Source: Cycas panzhihuaensis
Lineage: Eukaryota; Plantae; Cycadophyta
NCBI GenBank assembly: GCA_023213395.1
Contig: CM041465.1
Span: forward strand, 14,818,001 to 14,882,000
DNA length: 64,000 nt
Direction: 5' to 3'
Shown here: piece after piece, positions 54,144 to 64,000 of the stretch
Layout: every line of letters begins with the position of its first letter
Position numbering within the stretch: position 1 is the stretch's first letter
Translations under genes and position numbers: made by a program
The notes under the pieces: model-generated
The model's database searches: none
Seen by the model: the letters and a program-made list of their open reading frames with translations, nothing else
Told to the model about the DNA's origin: nothing

Positions 54144-57100
54144 TGGTAGGATACCACTTCTTCAATGACAAGAATACACAAATATAACACATAGATAACA
54201 TCAAAATGAGAGAACTTGTATTGTAATACCCTTCAAGGGGGTAACCTAGTTACATACAATGATAATAATTTTTAAAGATAGTTGGCTCTAAGGATTACAT
54301 GAATATCGCTATGACACAACCTCCCACTTATTCATGTGGAACATTAAAAAGAGAGAAGAAGTATATAAAGTAGAAGATATGAGAGAAGATAAGAGAAGGT
54401 AAGTTAGGGGTTGGGTTCTTAACAAGTCTCCCACTTTGAAAGAGCTTTGTCCCCAAAGATTTTTAATCTCAGGATGTTTATGGATAGATTGTTCATTCTC
54501 CCAAGTTATATCTTCTTGTGGGAGTTATTTCCATTTAATGAGATACTTAATGATTTACCTAGATTGTAGATGATATGCTTTTCTATTAATAATACATGTT
54601 AGAATGAGTTGAAGTCATCACTCCTTATTTAATATAGGTAATTTGGTTTGGACTTATACCTTCTACCCAATGACCCTCTTGAGACATGAAACATAGAAAA
54701 CATTATGGATCCTTGATGATGGTGATAAGTTTAAGGCATGTGCAACTTCACTAATCTTCTTGAGGGTTATGTAATATCTATAGAATCATGGTTATAATTT
54801 ATGTTGTCCATCATTTTTGAGAAAGGCCTACTTGTATAATTGTAACCATAAGCATGCCCAATCACTTGATTGAAATGCTCATTTACTTTACCCTTTATTT
54901 TCCTATTATTTCATTCACTTTTATGCAAGGTAAACATTGTATTTGAGTATCTTAAGGACATTCATTATTTGGTAGATGTGTTCCTCAACTGCTTGAACCT
55001 TAGAAATAAGTATGGAATAATTTCTGAGTATGGATAATTCAAAGATATATAATGTTTAGAATGAAGTCATTCTTGCTAATATATGATAGGTTGTATTATA
55101 CCACCATTCTACTAAGGGAAGCCAATGGTACCATTGGACCTACTTCTTTGAAGCATAACAATGAAGGTATCCTTCAAGGAACTTATATACCACCTTAGTT
55201 TGACCATCTATTTGTGGATGGTAGGACAAGCTCATGGTTAGTTTGCTACTGAGTATGTGGAAAGGTTCTATCCAAAAGTTGCTGGAGAACTTAGGGTCTA
55301 ATCATTGACTATGCATTTCAATGTGCCATGTAACCTATGTATCTCCTTTAGAAAGATCTCAGCACTTTGCTTTACTTTATATGTGGCTTAAATGCCACAA
55401 AAATAAGCATATTTGGTTAGCCTAATAATAACCACGAGAATGGCATCTCATCTTGGGGCCTTGATTATTTCTACCTTATGTTGTTGATAAATTTTACATG
55501 AGGTTACATATTTCTTTATATCCCCTTTTTAGCCCTTCTAGAAGAAAAAATATTTTAAGCATTGGTATGCTCGTAAGTGACCTATTGTTAGAGAAGTATA
55601 TGCATTATATAAAATTTGCTCCTTAAGGCTAGACTAAAAACATATATATATCCTATTCTTATACCAAAGGGTATTTGTTGACCATGTGTAGTGGGTTCAG
55701 TTCCATAACCTAGCTTAAAGGTCTTGAATAATCTACTTTATAATGGGGTCTTGCTCCTATTATTGCATGGCAACCTCTATGGAAGAAGGGTTGACCATGT
55801 TTATGGAGTATAGTGTCAATCCTTCTTCCTTGCAGGACAAGGCATCATCCACTATATTATCCTTGCCTTTTTCATAGAGTATTTTAAAGTCAAGGGCTTG
55901 TATTTTAGTGAGCCATTTTTGTTATTCCTTTGATGTTATCCTTTGATCTAGGGGATATTTCAAGCTATCTTGGTTTATTTTTATTTGGAAATATGCCCCC
56001 ATTAAGTATTGTTGTCCTTTCTTAATAGCATGGAGAATTTCTAATATTTCCTTCTCATTGGTAGATTTGACTTAATCCCTAGGTGTAAGTTGTTGACTTT
56101 CAAAGCTTAGAGGTTTTTCTTTTTTTTTGTATTAACACTACTCTAATGCCTTGCCTAATGCATTGTATTTAATGGTGAATGCCTTTGTAAAGTCTAGTGT
56201 CACTAGGACTAGAGTGCTAGTTAAGGCTATCTTTAATTGGTTGAATGCTTTATAGGCCTTATCATTCCAATGAAAGGAATACTTTTTTAATAGGTTGATC
56301 AAAGGGGAAGCAACCCTTATATAACCCTAAATAAACTTTTGATAATTCCTTAAGTCTTAATAACCCATGAAGGCCCTTGATGGTTTTGGGTTTAGGCCAA
56401 TTTGTTATAACTAAAATTTTCTTAAGATCCACCTTAGCTCCTTCTTAAGAGATAATATGGCCCAAATATTATAGTTTTGTTTATCTAAATTGACATTTTA
56501 TTTTTTTGGCAGAAAGTTAGTTGTCTACAAGAAATTGTAATGCCTTATCAATATGTTAGAGATGGTCTTCCTAAGTTTGACTAAATATCAGAATGTTATC
56601 AAAGAAGACTAGCATGAACTTTCTTAAGTAAGGCTGAAAAAGTTTGTTCATAAGGCCTTGAAAGGTGGCTGGGGTGTTAGTTAGGCCAAAAGGCATGCCT
56701 AAAAATTCATAATAACTTTCATATGTATGCAATGCCATCTTGTGAACATCATCTATCTTGATTCTCATTTGATGGTATCTTGACTACAAGTTTAATGATG
56801 TGAAAAATGTTGCTCCATGTAGCTCATTTAAGAGTTCATTGATGATTGGTATAGGAAATCTATCCTTGATGGTTATCTTATTAAGATCTTAGTAGTCCAT
56901 GCACATGTGAAATGAACCATCATTTTTTCTTACTAAAATCATTGGGGCAGAAAAGGTGCTTTTGCTTTTTCTGATAGTACTGATATTAAGGAATTCTTAA
57001 ACTAGTTATTCAATTTCATTCTTTTGTTGGTAAGGGTACTAATATAGTCAAATACTAGGGGGATTACTTTCAACTACCAAGTCAATGCCATGATCTTGGC

Positions 57101-60093
57101 CATGTGTTAGGGAAGACCTTGATGTACATATTGAAAGACCTAGTTGTGGCGATCAAGCACCACTTTTAAGTCAGTTGGGATGTCATCATCTTAGAGAATG
57201 TCCACCTTTATTGGAAGTTTCTGGCCTTCTAGAGCATAAAATTTGGAAATGATCCATGCACCACCCATTTTAATAAGTCTCTTCATATGATGTGAACTAA
57301 TAATTTAGGTCAGGGGAGGAATGATTCCATTCAATTGATATTTTATTCCTTTATAAGTAAATAAGATGAAAAATTTCTGCACATTCAGTTGAATAGTCCC
57401 CAATGGTTTGAGTCATTGTACCCCTATTACAACATCGACTCCTCTAATGAGAATGGTATATATGATGGAGAATTGGTAGTTGTGCATTTATAACATGATG
57501 TCGTGGCATTTCCTCCCATAGAAAATAATTAAATTCTTCAACAAATTTTTGATTAATAAAATTGTGTGTACTGCCATAATCTATTAAGGCTACCACCTTC
57601 TTTTTCTTGATGTGCCCAACAAATTTGAGTATTTATGGGGCCATAATTCCAACTAGGATATACATTGATATGGTAACAGTATCTTTGTCATCCTACTTTA
57701 GTAGGTTATGGTCATTATTTTCTGGTTCCGAGGGGACTTCTTCTACTGGTTCGTTAACTTGGGTGTCATCATTAATGAATAACATGACACTTATACTCTT
57801 TGTTTTATTTTTTATTACAACAAAAACATAAACTTTTCAACTATTTTTTATCCATTTGTTGGGAAGTCATTCTTCACATATGAGGGACTTCTGATTATGG
57901 TCACCTTTCTAGAAATGTTTGGGTAAAGGGTTTAAAGGCTTTATTTTTTGCTTCAATATGACAAGCATAGTTGATTGCGATGGGGATATTAGGAGGTTTT
58001 AGGAGTCATAACTTATGCTTGATGTCATCTCATAACCCACCACTATATAACTTAAGTAATTTGTCTTGGCATAGACCATCAACCCTTATGGAGGGATGTT
58101 GGTATTATGTCGTATAAGTTGAAATAGTGCCTTTTTGTTGGACTTTAGTTAACTAGTTAAAGTGGTCATGATCCCAAGTACTATCATATTAGGCTATGAG
58201 ATCCTTGATAAAATCCTCTCATTGATAATTAAGTTTAGCAATTATTTTCTTAACCCATTAGTACCATTGGTAAGGCTCTAGTTCCATGTACAAAGAAGTG
58301 AGTAGGATCTTTTTGTCTGCTAGGACTTAGTGAAGAGAACAATATTATTCCATTTGTGTTACCCAAGTTTACATATTTATGCCATTGAATTTCTTAATCT
58401 CAAGTTTAAGAACGTAGTTGGGTCAAAAGTGTTAGTTGTCATGATCCTCATCATCCCTATTGAAATAGATGGCACCTATGTCAATAGTATCCTTGAATTT
58501 GTATTTTCCTTGGATTTTTTATGGTTATCTTCTTCTTATGTATATTTCATACTTATTAAATTGAGCATTACCCTTTTATATTTTTCATAGAAGTCCATTT
58601 GGATATGTTACATATCTCCTTGAAGTTGGGTGACAATGTTGTTAAGCTCCTAAGTCTAGTTAAGGTTTACTTTAGGGGCTATTTGGTTGTTAAACTAAAA
58701 TGGAACCTCGATTGGTGAATATAAAGGAATGGATCTATTTGGGTGTCTATATACTATTTATCCCTAAAAGTTATAACTAGGAGTGCCTATATGCCATCTA
58801 ATGTTAATTCTTTATAATGAAAGAATATGAAGGATATTTTTTTTTGGAAAAGAGTTAGAAACTCTTATTTTAAGTTTAGAAGTCAAAGGAGGCTAGGTAA
58901 TCTAGTCACTAAATGAGGACTTATATGAACTTCTTATAGATATTTGGACCTCTTAGTTAGGTTCAAAATTCTTGTACTTTTACAAAAAATTAGTAATATG
59001 ACTAGTGAGGCTCTTTGGTTCAAAATTATGAGAGGCTTCCACTCCCAAATTTTAGAGAAAATTCAAGTTGTCGTTGATGAGTTATGATCTTGAGAAGGAA
59101 AAATAGAAATTAGAAATATCTAAAAATTTGGTATAGAATTTAGGTAGGAGTCATTAAGGGAGCTTTCATATAAAAGGATGTTCTAGATGATGCCTTAACA
59201 TTTGAAATCAAACTGAGCTCTTAGTAGTGGGCTATTTATGATCAACTGACTAACTAACTAATGGGTGTGCATAGGCTATAAATAGATTGACTGGGCACAC
59301 TAGGTCTAGGGATTATTTGGTTTACATACCTCTCTATGATACCATTACCAAAGGAAGGGTATATGAGGAGTAGCTTCCTGATGCTAACCACTAATTAATG
59401 CACTGTAGATTATAAATGACTGATAGGTTTTCTATGGTTACCTATACTAGGAAATCCTACCTAAGGGGGTCCTCGTATATACCTATAGGTATATGGAGGC
59501 ATAATTTCATAGTTGAATTCTATCTAAACCTTAATTTAGAAGTGTGATCTCTAGTTCTTCACTCATAGGCATATATGCACATATGCTTAGCCCAAAATGA
59601 TATATCCTCATGATGTTTTAATATCTCCAATATAGGGTCTCTATCTAAATAAGGGAAAAAAAATTATTTAATGGTAATATTAGGGTAGTTACCTAATTAC
59701 AATATAGTCTACCCCCAAAATTCAAAAGTAAAATAAAACTAAAAAGAGAATGAAAACTTAAAAAACTAATTTAGTACCCTTGACTCTCTCACTAGTTGTG
59801 GAGCAACTTCTCTAATATGACTTAGTAGGATACCACTTCTTTAATGACAAACAACACATAGATGACACGAAAATAAGAGCACTTATATTACAACATCCTT
59901 TAGGGGGGCAACATCTTAGTTACTTATAATAATAATGATCTTCAAAAGTAATCCACTCTAAGGATTGCATGAATATATATAGGCTTTATGGATGCTACAC
60001 AATCTCCCACTTATTCATGTGGGATATTAAGAAGAGAGAAGAAGTAAAAGATATAAGAGAAACCAAATTGGCTTTAAGTTTACCATTTTAACA
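54144..60093 (-). mobile_element. Ty3/Gypsy F, Reina-type chromovirus resembling conifer IFG-like elements
   Basis: LTRs 54144-54424 and 59823-60093; PPT caaagtgggagac; [43 protein letters not shown]; C-terminal chromodomain KYLIKWK*LPQEDITWENEQSIHKHP. No TSD match. Confidence 0.85.
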
Positions 60094-63000
60094 AACCATC
60101 ATGGTCTTGATTGTCTTCTTGACTAACCACACTTGTATGAAGAGTAAGCCAAGTGGATTGATTAGCTTTAGTCATTCAATCTCACCATAATTTATAAGAA
60201 TAGAAAGGATAATTCTATTGCCAATGACTTCTCACGTCTCCTTCGTAATCCCTCTATTTACACTATCACCTAACCCTAACCTACTTACTTAATATACTTG
60301 GCTACTACTAACCACTCCCAACATAATTATAACCAATGGACTATAAAAGTCCATACTCAAAAGGATTAATCCTTATATAACAATCATCTCCTATATAAAA
60401 ATCACATCTTTGTCCATCTTGCATCCTTATTTATTCCCTACATCATATTTGGATTTAACTCCATCCCTTTAGGAGATTATTTCAAAGCTTAGCAATGTGT
60501 TTGTATTGATTTTTATTGGATATATATGAAATAAACTATCCTTATTTTTATCTCTAAATATGACACATACTAACATAATAAAAGAAATACAAAGTCTTAA
60601 TTGGTATTCCTCCAACACTTATACATTCCCTAAGGTAAATGGTAAGACATTGTAATAGATTTTATCACTAGCCTACCATCATCTATTAAGTCTAATTTTA
60701 TCCTAATCATCATTGATAGGATAGCCAAGTATACCCACGTTTTGCTAATTTACATCTCTTATAAGGTATCTTGCCTTATTAATCTATATATTTAGTCAAT
60801 TTTTTGTCTCCATGCGTTCCTCTCAATAATAGTCTATGATTAGGATCCTAAGTTTAGTAGTTTACTATGGTAGAAACTTTTTTGTGCTTCAAGAATTTCA
60901 TTTAATATGAGTTTATCTAACTAAATATGGATGAGTAGGAGGAGAGGATGGGCAAACACATCCTTGGCAATGGACCCAAAGGGCAAGGGAGATCTAAGCA
61001 GGGAGTGGCATGGGCATACATCCCTTATAGGGTACTCGTGTATCTCTTATATGCAAATGTTAAGTGATAAGCTATTTGTTTAATTAGTTGAACTAAGGAT
61101 AATATATAAGTATGTAAAATATTCTAGGAAGATAAAACAAAAAAGGAAAGTTAAAGCTAAAATAAACTAAGTAGCTAATAAGAGATGCGATACAAGCAAG
61201 TAGATACGATAATCATGCATCAACCAATAAATGTAGACTAAAAGCTAATTGAAACAACTTGGGATAAGATTAATCAAATAATAATTAACATCCTTAGAAG
61301 GACCAATTAATGCATAAAATCCCTTACAATGTAAGGGGGTCAATCAAGTATGAATACCTACAACTTATACATGACTATATGCCTATTCTAATAAACTAAT
61401 TCCTCCTAAGCTTATTAACCTAATGCTAGCCTAGACTTCTACTTGATCATAATACAATGGACTTGATTTAAAGGAATCAAGTAAAGGATTGGATAGAGTA
61501 AGTGGTTTTAAAAAATCAAGACCATAAGATAGATTTGCTCATGGACAAGTTAGTGGGGACTCATCAATACCAACAACTTAGCTTATAACATTGTGAGATA
61601 GCCTAGTAGTGCTCATATCTAATTTCAACAAACCTTAAACTTAAAGAGGGTGAAGAAGATAGAGGCCACTATTCTCAATATGATGAATGAAGCTCACTTG
61701 ACTATTCACACCCTATGTGTAAGCACGTGGCAAGGATAAATATCCTTCAATGTCTTATTTCAAACATGGATCAAAGACTCAAGACCTACATGCACAAGAT
61801 AGTTTCTCTCATCCAATAATAACATTTAAGTAGAAAGAAAACTATCCACCCTCTTTGGTGGACAGAAGACCCTACTTCTTAAGAGAGGTTATGAGGAACA
61901 AATAATACATAATTCTAATATAACTAGTATGCAATTATAGTTACATGAAAACAATAAATAATTTAACTAATCAAATAAAGGTATTACCTTATGGTTTTAA
62001 GGACTTACAATAGGTGTAAAACCTCTTCTTTATTAGGCCCTTAAAAATACACACACCAAAATGTAAATGTAAATGCAGTATATGGAAAAAAGAGGAAAAT
62101 CCCTTTCATTCTTTCTTTTTTCCTTCTTTTTGTTTATGTATTGTTTCCTCAAAATGAAACCTTATATATGAGGCAAGGGAAGAGCATGTAGTAATGCATA
62201 ATCAATGGGCAAACTAACTATTTTCCTAACCTTTATCTTTTTGAATTGAAACTAGGAAGTAAAGTGACATTTTAAAACTTTTTTCATTTAGAAAACCAAA
62301 TCTATGATAAGTGGATTTGAGGAATACCTAGATAAAGCATCCCAAATGTCCAACTTACCCCTTTTTTAAGTAGTTTTCTCCATATTTGTGTATCATAATT
62401 ATGCTCAAAATAAAGTTAAGCAAGTATGCATATGAAATTAATTCCAAGGAAAAACTTGATAGCATTTCTACTCATTGGATTGACCTATGATGAAAAAATT
62501 TGCATTGAAACCAAAAATACTAAAAATCACTTTTAAAACCCATTCTTAATACTAATATTTTGTAACCTTCGTGGTGAAATTTTGGTAGTGTAATGGCTAT
62601 GCAACATGCACTTGGTGTTTGTGGGAAGGAGAACAAAGTAAGGGGGGAAATATAGGGTTCCTATAATAACTTCAAATGCTCTCCAACTTGCACATAAGTC
62701 CAATTGCATAACTTAGTTTAACACAAAAAGTATATAGCATGTAAGACAAAAAAGCTACTAAAATAAAACTAAAATAATAATTTAAAGAAGCAAATAAGTG
62801 GTATGAAAAAGGGCCTTATAAATGGAAAATTATCCACCCTTTTCTGAACCAAAATAACCAATACTAAGCCTCCTTTATATTGCAAGGGAAGTGTAGCATG
62901 CAAAGAAAAGAGAACTAAAATCACAATAGAAAACAAGCATAAAAAAGATAATTCAATGCTAGAAAATAAATAAATAAAGTCTTGGGGAAAGGATTAAAAT

Positions 63001-63286
63001 CTTAGCAATATGGGAGTTGCTACCCTTGTTTTGAGAGGAGGGATACTAATGATGATCTTCTCTAGCTAAATAATGCTCTAATAATGTCTAGTATTCAAAT
63101 CTTGAGCCAAGAGTAGAAGCCAATATTCAAGATTGAGTGAGCATAAGAAGTCTTGCAAGAATCCCACAATATAATGGCACTTCAAATAATTAGAAAATGA
63201 CCTTCCTTTTTTCTAATGAAAATTAGGGGCATAAATAGGAAATGATGAGGGCTTATGCCTGTGGTTTCAAGCCCATATATTGGGGG

Positions 63287-64000
63287 TGTAGCACTCCAAA
63301 ATATGGTCAAAGTTATAGCATATAAGCATTCAAATGATAGGCCTCTGAATGACGATTCCAACGGTTCAGACGGAAGTCAATTCCGACATCCCTATCAAAA
63401 GTTATGACCATTTAAAGATAGCCTGCCAGTTTTTTGAGAAGCTGTAGCCGACTTCTCATGATTATGTTGAGCGCACTCCTCCATGCTCTGGCCGACTTCA
63501 TTTTGTCCCAGTTTATGCGCCTATATATAGGGACTTTGAGATCATTCGAAATTATCCATTCGTGAAGCTCTCTTCTCTTCATTTTCGGCCTTAAGGCAAG
63601 TGCAGATTTTCGGCCTTAGAACGCAATTTACGGGAGGATCCCCTCGAAGGGTTTGGCGATTGTGGCGGGCGATGCTGGTACTGTTGGAGCTCTACTTATA
63701 ATTTGTGCCTTCTTGTATCGTATTTTGTATTTAACCTATAATTGAAGATATACTTTTGGATCAAAAGGTGTTTGCCATTTATGAATTCGACCTATTTGGA
63801 TTTAGCATTTGTGGACCTTTTTCTCTATTATTGCTCTGTGTCTGTGAATTCGCCCTACTCTGCTCGATTTTTTGTCCAATTGGGTAAAGGACTCGCTACA
63901 AGTGGTATCAGAGCCAAGACCCGGGTTCAAATCCCCTGGGGGCAACACCGCTTATGGGGGCGGTGGGGTGACGCGCCAAACATCACCGATGTGCAAAACG
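63287..64000 (+). mobile_element. Young LTR retrotransposon 5' end: LTR 63287-63900 + iMet PBS 63903-63916; continues beyond window
   Basis: TGTA...TACA termini; perfect PBS tggtatcagagcca; CpG-rich; 5' part of the LTR is homologous to the reverse complement of the 17553/19770 LTRs. Confidence 0.88.

Larger units (their letters stand above)
42829..60925 (+). mobile_element. Ty3/Gypsy D2 (decayed), interrupted by Copia B2 and Gypsy F
   Basis: PBS tggtatcagag at 42829; gag ~44500-44950; protease ~45350-45660; RT start 53400-54143; RNase H end and INT 60094-60925 (FITSLP..IIDRIAKYTH, D.DPKFSS). Confidence 0.75.

Noticed and set aside
60930-63286. Possible large LTR or leader of another element
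   Set aside because: Composition is TE-like, but no termini, repeats or coding motifs could be fixed.
63890-63960. Bona fide tRNA gene
   Set aside because: No anticodon arm or acceptor stem; only a PBS plus a T-arm-like motif.

Overview
Eukaryotic (land-plant, probably gymnosperm-like) nuclear DNA. One intact host gene is present: a minus-strand hydroxyproline O-arabinosyltransferase (HPAT/RDN1 family). Seven exons lie at 7470-3942, and the last exon appears to be off the left edge, beyond a LINE-containing intron. An ankyrin-gene fragment follows (~9.2 kb), then from 11 kb to the end a deeply nested stack of Ty1/Copia and Ty3/Gypsy LTR retrotransposons, several resolved to LTR, PBS, PPT and TSD. 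Most elements are heavily eroded by C>T/G>A transitions. Main oddities: (1) a TSD-bounded Copia element carries a CpG-rich antisense BET/GTE bromodomain gene fragment between its PBS and gag; (2) another Copia is flanked by a 57-bp target duplication instead of 5 bp; (3) a tRNA T-arm/B-box-like motif sits directly behind the PBS in a young and an old Gypsy-type element; (4) a ~250-bp non-coding leader module is shared by four LTR elements; (5) a gag-only non-autonomous LTR element. All family assignments come from reading motifs by eye; no database searches were run.
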